DNA from: Eledone cirrhosa
Taxonomy: Eukaryota
NCBI GenBank assembly: GCA_964016885.1
Contig: OZ024746.1
Location: 22,878,001 to 22,942,000 of the forward strand
Reading direction: 5' to 3'
Length of the DNA stretch: 64,000 bases
The notes under the pieces were generated by a model that saw nothing but the letters and a program-made list of their open reading frames with translations, was not told the origin of the DNA and searched no databases. Of the stretch, positions 27,279 through 40,838 are shown piece by piece. Made by a program: the position numbers and the translations under genes. The first letter of the stretch is position 1. Every line of letters begins with the position of its first letter.

Positions 27279-27931
27279 AATATGGCCCAGGTTTAAAGCC
27301 ATGTCGATGCAAACTTCAACCATTGTATCCATCATAACCTCGACAGGCATGATATATATAATATCCTATTTCACTAGAATATTCCATATATCATGACAAT
27401 AAAAATGTGGAACAACAGAATGTTTAATATTTTTTGTAGACATGCACGTATCCTCCTTTCCGTTTCAAAACAAGTTTTCAAATTTTTGTGCCATACATTA
27501 ACTTGACATAATTCGTTTCTAGTAATTTTCCTATAAATGTTAATCAAGCAAATAAACTTTTCTATTTGATATGTTTTTTATTGAATGAGTATTGTAAGCT
27601 CAGTAAAAAATATTTAAATCATGTATGATACGACCTCACACACTTACATACAATAGAAAATATGGTATATATTTTTTATTACAAGGAACGCAATAAATTA
27701 TTTTATTTGCAATTCTTGATTAAATGCTCATTACATAACAATGAATAATAAATTATGCCAATTAAAGCACGATGAATTTAATTTTTGTTTGCTATTCCTT
27801 TATAAATTGCATTTCATTATTGACTCGTTGTTGTTCCACTGTCGAGTCGTTCCATCGAGAACCAGAAATATATTGTCGAGGTTTTTGTTAATAGTTATTA
27901 GAATTTAACGATATTATTACGAAACCGAAAA

Positions 27932-28850
27932 GGGTGGTGGATTGGCAGTATCGGTAGAGGGTCGGACGCCATGCTTTGATGCATACAGTTACGGCCCTTG
28001 CCATTCTGAGTTCAAATCCCGCCGAGGTTAACTTTCATCCTTACGGGTTCGATAAAATAAAGTACCAGTAATACACTGGGGTAATTACTAGCCTTGTGCC
28101 AAAAGTAGAAACAATTATTGCGAAACCAAATCCCGCCAAGGTTAACTTTGCCTTTTACCCTTACGGGGTCGATAAAATAAAGTACCAGTAATGCACTGGG
28201 ATAATTTCTGGCATTGTGCCAAAACTAGAAACATTATTATTACGAAACTAGGGCGGTGGATTGGTAGTATCGGTAGAGGGTCGGACGCCACTTTCCAGCA
28301 TAGTTACGTCCCTTTACGATCTGAGTTCAAGTCCCGCCGAGGTTGACTTTGCCTTTCATCCTTACGGGGTCGATAAAATAAAGTACCAGTAATGCACTGG
28401 GATAATTTCCGGCATTGTGCCAAAACTAGAAACATTATTATTACGAAACTAGGGCGGTGGATTGGTAGTATCGGTAGAGGGTCGGACGCCACTTTCCAGC
28501 ATAGTTACGTCCCTTTACGATCTGAGTTCAAGTCCCGCCGAGGTTGACTTTGCCTTTCATCCTTACGGGGTCGATAAAATAAAGTACCAGTAATGCACTG
28601 GGATAATTTCCGGCATTGTGCCAAAACTAGAAACATTATTATTACGAAACTAGGGCGGTGGATTGGTAGTATCGGTAGAGGGTCGGACGCCACTTTCCAG
28701 CATAGTTACGTCCCTTTACGATCTGAGTTCAAGTCCCGCCGAGGTTGACTTTGCCTTTCATCCTTACGGGGTCGATAAAATAAAGTACCAGTAATGCACT
28801 GGGTAATTGCTGGCCTTGTGCCTAAAGTAGAAACAATTATTATTACGAAA
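27932..28850 (+). mobile_element. SINE family A cluster, including a 201-bp near-perfect tandem triplication
   Basis: Units start at 28251, 28452 and 28653; identical minus-strand ORFs offset by 201 bp. Confidence 0.9.
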
Positions 28851-28896
28851 CCTGCAATTCTGTATATACACATGTATATATAAAAAAACATATGCA

Positions 28897-29075
28897 ATTT
28901 TGGGGGAGGGGGAAAGTCGACACCAATGCATTACTGGTGCTTTATTTTATCGACCCCCATAAGGATGAAAGGCAAAGCTAACCACGGCGGGATTTGGACT
29001 CAGAGCATAAAGGGCCTCAACTCTATGCAGCAAAGCATACTGTCCGGCGCTATACCGACTTTGCTAATCCACTCG
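28897..29075 (-). mobile_element. SINE family A
   Basis: Reverse complement of the conserved core. Confidence 0.8.
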
Positions 29076-29148
29076 CCGTAAAATAATCTTGAGCTGTTTT
29101 TTAGAGACAAGACATATGTTTGATTTTGTATTACTTTGAAAGTAATAA

Positions 29149-29192
<44 letters not shown>

Positions 29193-29533
29193 GTATAATA
29201 TACTATAATATATCTATATGTATATATCTAAATATATGTTGTCAGAGCACTTAGACGTGACATAGTATCTAATATATCTAATATATTGAACGTTCTATCT
29301 GCTTGATGAGAAAGTTATCATTATATCATCATCAGATATAACAGAATATAGAGAATATTCTAGGCACTATTCAGCAGATTTAATTATTGGTTTTCAGTCT
29401 TTCTGCTTTCGGCTCAACTAAAAACCAGTTCTTCAAGTCTTAAAAGCTTTTTAGAAACGATGGATTTTTAAAAAAATAACAATATAGAAACAAATAATTA
29501 ATGCATATATGCACACCCCTTAGACACATATAC

Positions 29534-29591
<58 letters not shown>

Positions 29592-29719
29592 GCACGCCCT
29601 CACACACGCGCGCACATGCACACACACATATAATGCGTACACTCATTCATACATATAGTAATCCCTGATGACGACATCCATCCATCCATCCATCCATCCA
29701 TACACACATTCGTCCGTCC

Positions 29720-29750
<31 letters not shown>

Positions 29751-29875
29751 CACATATACATCTTAATATGCACCAGTAACTCATGTTGGCGTCTTAGGGA
29801 CGCCGTAGTGAAACACACCGTTTCTTGTGCATTTTAAAGCTGACAGAGCCTAACACCTTTCCAGTCAATTTCTTC

Positions 29876-29925
<50 letters not shown>

Positions 29926-30099
29926 TAGAGTAAGTTAAACAGAGATATAGAGGAAGGATCGACCACAGTTAAGGGTGAAAGTCAGAGTTGACCTCGGCAG
30001 GATTTGAACTCATGGGACAGATAATCCGAACAAATACCACAAAGCGTCCTATTCGACGTTCTAATGACTCCAATTCGCCGCCTCTATATACGTACATAC

Positions 30100-30370
30100 A
30101 TGATGCTGCTGCCTCGTTATCGAGTATGGCCATTGCATGATATAACATTATTAATAATTATCAATTAATGCCATCGTGCAATGCCTGTGCGTGAAGATTT
30201 TTTTTAAGTGAGGAAAGACTGTGTACTGAGTTAATCCCACTCTCTGGGCGACAGTAGCTATAATCCGAAAAGAAGAAAAGATCAACATCATCGGTAACTA
30301 CTGGGCCGCAGGTTTTAGTCGGAGTTATCCCAGTTTCCTGAGTTACCTTCTCCTAGAAGAATACCCTGGC
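30100..30370 (-). mobile_element. Diverged relative of the 2686/52049 non-autonomous element
   Basis: Shares ctcgtt.tcgagta.ggcca, gcaatgcctgtgc.gtgaag, aagaagaa.a..tcaacatcat and ccttctcctagaa. Confidence 0.65.
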
Positions 30371-30426
30371 ATACATACATACATACATACATACATACAT
30401 ACATACATACATACATACATACATAC

Positions 30427-30740
30427 ATGAGGAGCTTACAAATCCAGTATCCAAGATACACCTTTAGCTTCATACCCATCATTATTGGTGCTACGGGTTA
30501 TATACCAACCCGCTTGGACCAAAGTATGACCGAACTTGGATTTGCGGACAAAAAGCGCAGCTCCCTAATTCATAGTCTACAAATGGCTGCGATAGCTGGC
30601 ACCTTCAAAATATGCAAAACATTCTTGCGATTCAAGGGATGACAATTTCTTTTCTTTTACAACCTTGCCACCAGGAAGGTGGCCGGTCAAAAAAATATAC
30701 TCGAAATTAAGAGAAAGAGAAAACATGCATACATACATAC
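30427..30740 (+). mobile_element. R4/Dong-clade LINE, 5'-truncated 3' end in (CATA)n
   Basis: Near-identical to 31541-31855; flanked by catacata repeats. Confidence 0.85.
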
Positions 30741-31878
30741 AAGGAAGGTGGCCGGGGTCTAAAATCCATATTAACATCATATGAGACCCGGATAGCAACA
30801 TCTTCAACAGAGGAAAAAGGTTGGCAACCATCTTGCCCAGGTTTATGAGCATGAAGAAAAAAATATCATTTGGATAGCCACTCATCTGGAGGAGTGATAT
30901 GGAATAAAGCCTGATATAAATCTCTCACCCAGAGAAATCGGAAGATCCTATTCAATGTTCAAACAAGATGAAAATATTGACCAATTTACAGAAAAAGTTG
31001 TGCATGGATACTTGAGACGTAAAACACAGACCATAGAGGGGATAAACCACTTAAAAAGCCTGGCATGGAGTTCCGACAAGTTTATGACATCACACCTTGA
31101 GGGATATCTCTATGCAATACAGGAACAAGAACTCCCTACCAAATATCTGCTGCACAAAAGAAGAGGGCCATCAGCTGACAATAAATGTAGGCTATGTAAA
31201 ACAAAGATCGAAGATGTAAGCCATTGTTGCCAGCTGCGAAAGAATTTCATCTCGCTACTACCTCGCCATGAGACACGATGGGATAGCTAGAACCATCTGG
31301 AACGCACTTCGGAAAACAAAATTAACAACAAACGAGGAAGAATATATTGAGACAGATGGCACGAAGGAATACTGGTGGAACCTGAAAATAAAAACTGCCA
31401 CCAAATTAAAGCACAGCCGGCCTGATATTGTTGTTTGGGACCACACATTGAAAACGTGTTTTGTTGTGGAGATCAGCTGCCCACTTGATGTAAACGTTGT
31501 CAGAAAAATACAGGAGAAGGAGGACATCTACGGACCATTGATGAGGAGCTTACAAATCCAGTATCCAAGATACACCTTTAGCTTCATACCCATCATTATT
31601 GGAGCTACGGGTTATATACCAACCCGCTTGGACCAATGTATAACTGAACTTGGATTTGCGGACAAAGAGCGCAGCTCCCTAATTCATAGTCTACAAATGA
31701 CTGCGATAGCTGGCACCTTCAACATTTGCAAAACATTCTTGCGATTCAAGGGATGACAATTTCTTTTCTTTTACAACATTTTCTTTTACAACATTGCCAC
31801 CAGGAAGGTGGCCGGTCAAAAAAATATACTCGAAATTAAGAGAAAGAGATAACATACATACATACATACATACATACA

Positions 31879-31910
<32 letters not shown>
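30741..31910 (+). mobile_element. R4/Dong-clade non-LTR retrotransposon 3' part (Zn knuckle plus restriction-like endonuclease), frameshifted
   Basis: AIQEQEL.TKY, CRLCKTKIEDVSH, RHDGIA, RPDIVV, VEISCPLD, EKEDIY; ends in (CATA)n. Confidence 0.9.
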
Positions 31911-32462
31911 CATGCATAAATTCCCATCACGTGTGCGTGAAGGGTGTTTATAATGTTTATAATTGAGAATAGAATCACACAGTGGAAATTGATTTTGATA
32001 TTTTTTAAAGCAATATAACATATATTTAGATAAGTCTTGTTGTGTGTAGTTTATTGAACGGAGTAATATTTATGTTTATTAGATTGATCATCAACAACTA
32101 CTGCTTGTATTTGGTGTAACATAAAGCAAGAGCCTCGGCTAGAATTCTTTGTCTTATTCATCACAGCTTTCTCTGTTCTGTAGTTGAAATGCAGATTATA
32201 TGGATGGAGAGAGAGGGAAAGAGAGGGACATGGACAAACAGACATGCAAAGACAGAGAATGGCAGGCCGTTGGGTAGATGCATAGTCAGATATATAAATA
32301 ATTAAATAGATTTATATGTGTGTGCGTGTGTGTATATATATATATATAAACAAAATTAACTCAAATATCGAGTTTTGAAACGCGAGTGTATTAGAATTCG
32401 TAGGAAAATGGAAAAACTCGGCGTAAAGAAGCTGTTAAAACATATGTGTATGTATATATATA

Positions 32463-33095
32463 TAAAATAATTAAGTCAAATATTTAAAATTTGGCTTCGT
32501 TTATTATAAATTATAGATATACTGCTATATATATTTCGGTGACAGCCATCATTGGCTGTGACCTCTTCAGGCAGTCCGAGTTGGTGTGGGAAAGACAGGT
32601 ACACATGTTGTTGAAGTGTGTTTTATTCCGTCAATACATCGATATGCCCAGCTCCTGGTTGTATTGTTATTTCTCTTAGGAACTGGAATCATATTATTCT
32701 AGTTCCTAAGAGACACAACAATACAACCAGGAGCTGGACATATCGATGTATTGACGGAGTAGAACTGGAATAATATGATTCCAGTTCCTAAGAGAAATAA
32801 CAATACAACCAGGAGCTGGACATGTCGATGTATTGACGGAGTAAAACACACTTCAACAACATGTGTACCTGTCTTTCCCACACCAATTCGGACTGCCTGA
32901 AGAGGTCACAGCCAATGATAGCTGTCACCGAAATATATATATAGCAGTATATCTATAATTTGTAATAAACGAAGCCAAATTTTACATATTTGACTTAATT
33001 ATTTTACATTACTCCGGAGTAAATAAACCAAACTGCGTACCTCGTCGAGTGCTCCAACCAGCATACTTAGGTGTCGGTAAACAACCAACATATAC

Positions 33096-33098
<3 letters not shown>
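32463..33098 (+). mobile_element. Large fold-back element with an intact hammerhead in each arm
   Basis: Arms ~32463-32700/32767-33006, with an extra partial duplication in the centre and a ~90-nt tail containing gtcgagtgctc. Confidence 0.85.
32892..32948 (+). ncRNA. Type I hammerhead ribozyme (mirror copy 32521-32575 on minus strand)
   Basis: actgc-CTGAAGA-ggtcacagc(caatgata)gctgtcacc-GAAA-tatatata-TA-gcagt. Confidence 0.8.
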
Positions 33099-33138
<40 letters not shown>

Positions 33139-33771
33139 CAAAGCCAGTGAGAAAATCGTGGGTTATCGTTTTCGGAATTCTTAGCAACTTGCACGTTAAT
33201 TTCCCGAGCAGGTTGTGCTGTTGATCGAATGAACTGCAACACTCACCGTCGTAAACGACGGAGTGCCAGCACATATGTCTCCATACAATTAACTACAGAT
33301 CTAAGTAACAGAACGTCTTAGGATTGGTAGATATTAACGCACCAATGAAAAAATATATAAGCCCAAGATTATAAAACCGTAAATCCTTTGATTAATCCAC
33401 AAGTTGGTGTTTAACTCTTGTTTTCTTTTGTGAAAGAGGATGAAAGTGATTTCTTCAACTAAAGATGATGCTAATATTTCTCAGAAATATTTCTGACACC
33501 ATAGCCTAGTATGTAGTCTGTATAACAATCTTATTTCCTTCTTTCATTTGTTTCAGTCATTACACTGTGGCCCAGCTGGAGCACGCCCACGATGGGATTT
33601 AGTTGATCATATTGCTCCCAGTACTTATTTTTTTAAAATTTGCTACTACTTAATTTATGGATCTTTTTCTTTGCCCAACCTCTACGTTACAGTACATGAA
33701 CAAACAGTAAACGTAAACAGTGCGTGTGTGTGTGTAAGAGAGAGAGAGAGAGAGAGAGAGAGGAGGGAGAG

Positions 33772-33805
<34 letters not shown>

Positions 33806-34373
33806 TCTGTAACAGTTTATTAATTCGGTGCAACCTACAGTAATATATTGATATTTATGTATTAGAGAGAAACATATGACAGCAAATATTTCTCTTGCTA
33901 TAAGGGATTTTTGTATTAGTTACCATGTAAACGAGAAAGCCTTACAGCAACTGGATTCATAGAGTTTTCAGATAAAATAGATTAGCTAAATATACATTGA
34001 AAAGTAGTTTTCGTTTTTCAGATTTGCAACTTTTGTGCAGGTTGATTGTTCAAACATCTGCCTCGTTCCTATGAACTGTTTTAAAGAAAATGTGATGTAT
34101 AACGAATATCTTTATTGTAAAAATTTCAAATGTCTTTTGTGGTTATGAAAACGGAAAATGAAGGGAAAGTCAAGGGCTTTAGGGTGACAAAAGAGTGGGG
34201 ATTAGGAGGGTGATGGGCCTAGGACACGGCGGTATTGGGGCTGAATAACTAGCCATCAGAAAGAGCTTGTGGAAGTTGTATTTTTTCTAAATTTTTTCCT
34301 GACTTCAAACTACCAAACTACATCTGTATATTCCACTTCCATTAACTTAAACAGATCAAGTCATCTTTAACAA

Positions 34374-34450
34374 CCATACTTGGTGATCCAGCCGGATCAG
34401 TTGGAGACGGTTGCTTCTGACAGGACCCACTGGAGGAAGAAGAAGAAGAA
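34374..34450 (+). mobile_element. RTE 3' terminal fragment with (GAA)n tail
   Basis: IQPDQLETVASDRTHWRK followed by gaagaagaag. Confidence 0.6.
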
Positions 34451-34609
34451 CATATTTAGTTCGACGCTCTATCAACTCTGCTAATACAATAAACCGTCTG
34501 TTTCACTGAGGAAATCTGTTTGAAGCCCCACCTCCCCCTAAATTTGAGGTCATTGTACTCAGTGGCTTCAACGTTCTAAAACAGCTGGGTAGACATTGAC
34601 AAAACATGT

Positions 34610-35090
34610 TTGGGGGTGGGAGGTACAGAGACCAGGTTAAGGGGCGCATAGAGACCAGGATGGGGAGGGAGGCAGAGAGAGCAGAGCGGGTGGGAGGTAT
34701 AGAGACCAAGGTGGGGTGGAAGGTAGAGTGACCATGTTGTAGTGGGGAGGGGGTAGAGAGACCAGAGTGGAGTAAGAGGTTGAGAGGCCAAGTTGTAGTG
34801 GGAGGTAGAATGATCAAGGTGGAGTGGGAGATAGAGAGACCAAGTTGGGGAAGGAGGCAGAGAGACCAGAGTGGGGTGGGAGGTGTAGAGACCAAGGTGG
34901 AGTAGGAGGTAGAATGACCAAGGTAGAATGGGAGGTAGAGTGACCAAAGTGAGATAGAAGGTACTGGGGTCAGGTTAGAGTAAAAGGTAGGAGGTATTGG
35001 GATCAGGTTAGAGAGGGAGGTAGGAGGTATTGGGACCAGGCTAGAGAGAGAGGTAGGAGGTACAGAGACCAAAGTAGGGTGAAAGTTACG
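34610..35090. repeat. G-rich ~23-bp minisatellite (agagaccaaggtggggtggaaggt)
   Basis: About 20 diverged units. Confidence 0.85.
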
Positions 35091-36029
35091 CAAACCAAGT
35101 CATCTTTAACAAAATGTTATACTTTTGTATCTCGCAATCATATTTAGGTGTTAATTACGTTTGAATCGTTTCTTCATAATGCCGATAGTGATTAAGGTTA
35201 ATTAATGGTTTAGTTCCGCTGACATTTCGTTGGCAGCAAAAATCTTCATAATCGACAAACTTCATTGTATGAATCCTAGGAAAATTGTCCTTAATACAAT
35301 CTGCTGCTAGTTAATATGCAAATGGCTTATTCGGTTTCACAACTAATGTCAGTTTTAATTTATTCTTTCCTCATATTAAACATCATTAACACTTTCAACT
35401 CTTTTTTAATTCTTTAACCCACGATGACAGAACAACAAAATTACGACTTGAGATGCAAAGGTGCAAAAAAAAAAACTGATTTTTTTTGTTCGAAGATTTG
35501 AAGATATTATAGTGCGATTAAAAGATATTGGTGTAACAAATAGATAATTTTTTAATTATTTTTAGGGCAAGTCATTGTCTGTCGATGAAGTTGGCTATTT
35601 GCTAATGACAGAGTAGTATTAACGAAATATTATTAAATTCGAACTAATCGTAAGAAAGTAACTATTTCGTCGCATGAAATGTGTGTGTTGGGGCCTCCGT
35701 CACTTTCGACGACGAGAATTCCTGTTGTTCAATCTGTTATTGAAATGAACGTGAAATGGCTGAGAATTCCACACATACACGTGCACCCTTTGAATTACAT
35801 GTTGTGCACTGGAGTAATGTGAAATAATGTGTCTTGCTTAAGGACACAACCCTCAACGCTGAGAACGTAAGATCATGAGTTGAACTCGCCACACGCACCT
35901 TCACTAACAGGAGATCTAAAGTTTGTCAATGTTGTTTTCATTGACAATGAATCAACCTGTATTTATTTAATCAGTTTAAACGTCCGTATTGAGCTAGTAT
36001 GTATCAAGAAAGTGTGAAAATAGATGGAA

Positions 36030-36690
36030 AGTGTTTCATAAGGGAAAGGGGAAATATATGGAAAGTGTGTAATATGAGAGAGTTGAAATAGGGTGTGTAA
36101 TATGGGAGCGAGTGGAAATATATGGAAAGTGTGTAATATAAGGTGTGTAATATGGGAGCGAGTGGAAATATATGGAAAGTGTGTAATATAAGGTGTGTAA
36201 TGTGAGAGTGAGTGGAAATATATGGAAAGTGTGTAATATGAGAGAGAGAGTGTGGAAATATATGGAAAGTGTGTAATATAAGGTGTGTAATGTGAGAGTG
36301 AGTGGAAATATATGGAAAGTGTGTAATATGAGAGAGAGAGTGTGGAAATATATGGAAAGTGTGTAATATTAAAGAGTAGAAAAATATGAGGAAGTGTGTA
36401 ATATGAGTGTGGAAATATATGAGGAAGTGTGTAATATGTAGAAAGTGGAATATATTAGGAAGTGTGTAATATATAGAAAATGGAATATATGAGGAAGTGT
36501 GGAATATATAGAAAGTGGAATATATGAGGAAGTGTGGAATATATAGAAAGTGGAATATATGAGGAAGTGTGTAATATATAGAAAATGGAATATATGAGGA
36601 AGTGTGGAATATATAGAAAGTGGAATATATGAGGAAGTGTGTAATATGTAGAAAGTGCAATATATGAGGAAGTGTGTAATATGAAAGAGG
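36030..36690. repeat. Minisatellite, ~35-50 bp (ggaaatatatggaaagtgtgtaatat / gaggaagtgtgtaatatatagaaagtggaatatat)
   Basis: Two sub-arrays of related units. Confidence 0.85.
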
Positions 36691-36823
36691 GGAAAGGAGT
36701 GAAGAAAAAGATGGAAAGACAAAATGGGGAAAGAAAAACGCTAAGATAAAAATGAGAAATGTCCATTATATATCTGTAGGAAAGTCGTGATATAACCATC
36801 TACATATATATACTTTTAGCGCT

Positions 36824-36914
<91 letters not shown>

Positions 36915-37491
36915 TTTACATGCATGTGTATGTTAAGTTTGAGTACCAATGTACGTATGTTTCTCACTGTATATTTGTCTGTGAATGCAGATGTATGTTT
37001 GTATAGTAATGTATGCATATGTACAAGCATGTATGTATACACAACATGTACGTGCCACATCGCAAATCAATATATTTTATTTTCTGTGTTTGTATCCGTA
37101 TAAGCGTAATCTTCCGAAGCTTATCTGATAGAATGTGCAAACTGAGAAAGTTAGATCCAACACGGAGATCAACTCAGCCAATAAAGACATCCATTGCCTC
37201 AATCATTGTCCTTATCCTATAATTTCTCTATTGTGACCTGCAGCTGTATAAAGCATTTAAAATAATTCGATTAGGGGCGTAAATACGATCTTGTTTAGCT
37301 CATGATGGAAACGATAAGGTAAAAGGTAATAAATACTTTAGTGTGTAGTCAGATAGTCAGACAGCCTAGTCCTCTGGCACGTCCGCCTATCTTCCTCATC
37401 AAGCTGTCTAGATTTCTTTAACATCTGGAATGTTCTCTTGCCCTTCGATAAAATTTGCGATCAACTGCATTGGATAGAATCGAATCTAGTG

Positions 37492-37530
<39 letters not shown>

Positions 37531-37533
<3 letters not shown>

Positions 37534-37593
37534 TGATTGGCAGCAAGCAAGGACATATATATATATATCCTTGCTGCCAATCGACAGCAAGCA

Positions 37594-37636
<43 letters not shown>

Positions 37637-37653
37637 TCGATTGGCAGCAAGCA

Positions 37654-37699
<46 letters not shown>

Positions 37700-37727
37700 G
37701 TCCTTGCTTGCTGCCAATCGATTTAAT
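37531..37727. repeat. Reiterated 25-bp unit aatcgattggcagcaagcaaggaca in direct and inverted orientation, separated by (TA)n
   Basis: Three forward (one partial) and two reverse copies. Confidence 0.85.
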
Positions 37728-37814
37728 GATGTCGCATATATGTAATTACACACACACATATATATATATATATGTATGTGTATATATATATATATATATA
37801 TGTATTAGTATTTG

Positions 37815-37884
<70 letters not shown>

Positions 37885-38189
37885 GATATATATGCTAAGT
37901 ATTTGCAGGAGTTTGTGCCGTATCCTCCTGTTTTAATACCTATTAAACCGAAATGTGTTCAACCTTCATTCATCTTTCAACAAACCAAATTCAATAGATT
38001 GAATGTATTCTTCCGACTGACATTGCCTCTGAATTCGATACATGTAACAACAACAACAACAACAACAACAATAATAATAATAATAATAATAATAACGGTA
38101 AATATTTCGCTTTATAAATGAAGACAAAGAATTCCAAAATTTGGAGAATTAAGATCTTTTTTGCGATGCAAAACCACAGCTGTTGGAAA

Positions 38190-38830
38190 CTATACCGCAG
38201 CCTGTGAGGTTGATGAGTGTACACTATATTTGATATCATAGTTTATATTTCTGCCTTTCAATGCACATATATGCTTCGTTAGAGCCATGAAGTTTCTCAC
38301 ATTTGGATGCTTGAAAGACGAAACATGAGAGTAATACTTCCGTTTAAACTTTTCCATCGAATTATTCTGTTTGATTACTTTGTCCCGAGTAACTTCAACC
38401 TCGAACATGACCGATTTAATGTTACATACCTGTATGAGCATTCTTCCTTCTTTCTGTATGATCATCCTGTGTTTTCTTGATATTTAGATTTAGCTCTTAT
38501 GAAAGACTTTCATGTTGGGAGCACAGAAATATCTGATCTTGATGAAAAGTCTATTGAAGATTTTACTATATTAATGTTGCGGTGGAAAATACTTAGCTAC
38601 TGAGCCCTGAAATCATTTATATATGTTTCACTTAAATACTTTTGTCATGTACGCAATGATACCTTTCCGCCTCTCATTTCCAGTTCTGGAAGCACCACTC
38701 CACATTTACAAGTCTACTACCAGCGAGGTAGGTCATAGTGAATATATATCCTTACTTGTATCATATGATACTTTCTGTTTTGTTTCCAGCTGGAATTCCC
38801 TGGATTTCGTTATCAGGAAACAAGATATTT
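38190..38830 (-). pseudogene. Possible decayed MULE/Mutator-type transposase
   Basis: QNNSMEKF...KHPNVRNFMAL resembles the MULE C-terminal TNN..E....HPN+..F+..L; upstream frames contain stops. Confidence 0.35.
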
Positions 38831-40710
38831 TTCAGAAACAAATTAAAACTAATGAGCTTTGATATTTTTTTCTCCATCGTGGTCTTGCTATAATTATGCA
38901 AGTATATTTCTATTCTATAAGGTTAGGTTGTGTGCCAAGAACGTTTATGCTGAAACTATACTTTCCTTATAACTGACTTTTGTAATCTCATTTGGTATTC
39001 GTTCATTGAGGCACGGCGCTGGAAAATCCAAACATTTGGCTCCCATGCCATTTTCTTGCTGCTTATATCACACCTTTTACTGCAGCTGCTCTTGTTCTTG
39101 TTTCTATTACTTGTTGCTACTACTGTTGCCGATGCTGTTACTGATGTTGTTGCTCCATCTAAAACTCCTGCTGTCGTTGTTGCTGCTGTTACTGCTATTG
39201 TGGCTACTTATGCTGTTACTGCCAGTGCCAACAGAAGTGATAATCTTCTGATATGCTGCAGCAACAGATTGTTCAATTTATGTTGTTTGCTTATTTCACG
39301 ATATAAATTTGAAGGGAGGAAAAGGAGGAAGAGGTGTGAAGGATGAGGATGAAGAGAAGAAGGCGATCTTTCCATCGATAACTTCAACATTTAATTCAAA
39401 GCCAAACGAGAGATGTTAATGGGTGCATGCACGCATGACTGTGTGGTTAAAAAAAGTTCGTTTCACATTTACATAGTTCCGTGCTCCATCTCAATGTGCG
39501 GCATGTTAGGCATATGTCGCTTAGCATTGCCTGGTTTTGTCTAAAGCTATATTGTGCAGGCATTGCTGTGTGGTTAAATAAAAACGTTTCTTAACTATGT
39601 AGTTTCGGTTTCAATCCCACTCCGCGGAACTTTGGACAAAGTGTGTTCTACTAGAGCATCGTATTGACCAATACGTTATGAATGAAATTTCGCAGACGCA
39701 AACTTTGTGGAAGTCCGTCAAAGAGTCCGTTCCTCTTCTTAGGAACTAGGCTTAACCCGTCACACTCTTTGACAATACCACATAGCCTTTGAGTGCATTT
39801 AGCGGGATTCAGTCGCTTATCAAGTCTCCAGATTGAGGATAACACCCTCGCTTCTTTCTTTCAAACCACAAGTTTACAGAAGCTCTAAAAAGGTTCACTG
39901 TCGTCGCCCTTTCTCCAACAGTGACCCAGACACTAAAACATTTCATTGATATAGTCCTTCTTCTAAGAGAATTTATATGTGAAACCATGAAGGGCAGAAA
40001 AGTAACACACGCGTATATATTAGAGCCCCGTCACTTCCAACGACAGCTACCCCAGTTCATTCAATGCGACCCGAAGAACTTGCGAGCAGGGACCCAAGCG
40101 CAAAAGATCTCAATCGTTATATACGTTCTCTCTGTCAGTAAACCCGATCCAGTTACTGATATGTGATAGGGGACATGCTCGTGCCCCGTGAACATCAGAG
40201 TAGAGGTACGACACCCAATCCCTGACATATTCAGCGACATGCCTATGTATCGCAAGCAGCAGAAGAGAATCACTTCCAATCAATCACAGGCGCATGGTCG
40301 GGGTGATGGCTTCCAGTGATGTTAACATGTTACACCAAAACACCTCATAAAAATCTGTATTTACTAGTAATATATATTGTTTTATCTAATTCACACATTT
40401 TATAAGTAAATACAATAAGTGTTTAGAACAAAACATATAAAACAAGAAATATATAGTGAATTAAAACTATCGTGGTACAATTTTTAATATAGATAGATGT
40501 GAAATTTAAGATGTTTATCAGACACACATATGAAGGTGTGATAGATTAGCTTTGATCATCGAATTAAATAATGCAGTTACAAGACATTACATTTTGTTGT
40601 TCTACCTTCGATCAATGTTCCAGTTATTTGGTTGATAAAACAAACCTGCTCGAAAAATTAACGAAACTCGTAGCTGAGCATTCATCAACCTGACATGTAG
40701 TATGGTAAGG

Positions 40711-40805
<95 letters not shown>

Positions 40806-40838
40806 TAGATAGATAGATATAGATATAGATAGATAGAG

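Noticed and set aside
28251-28850. CRISPR-like array
   Set aside because: Units are identical SINE copies without unique spacers, in a eukaryotic context.
34503-36722. Pro-rich and His/Phe-rich ORFs
   Set aside because: Products of minisatellites.
39006-39346. Leu- or Ala/Val-rich ORFs
   Set aside because: Degenerate (CTG/TTG)n trinucleotide low complexity.
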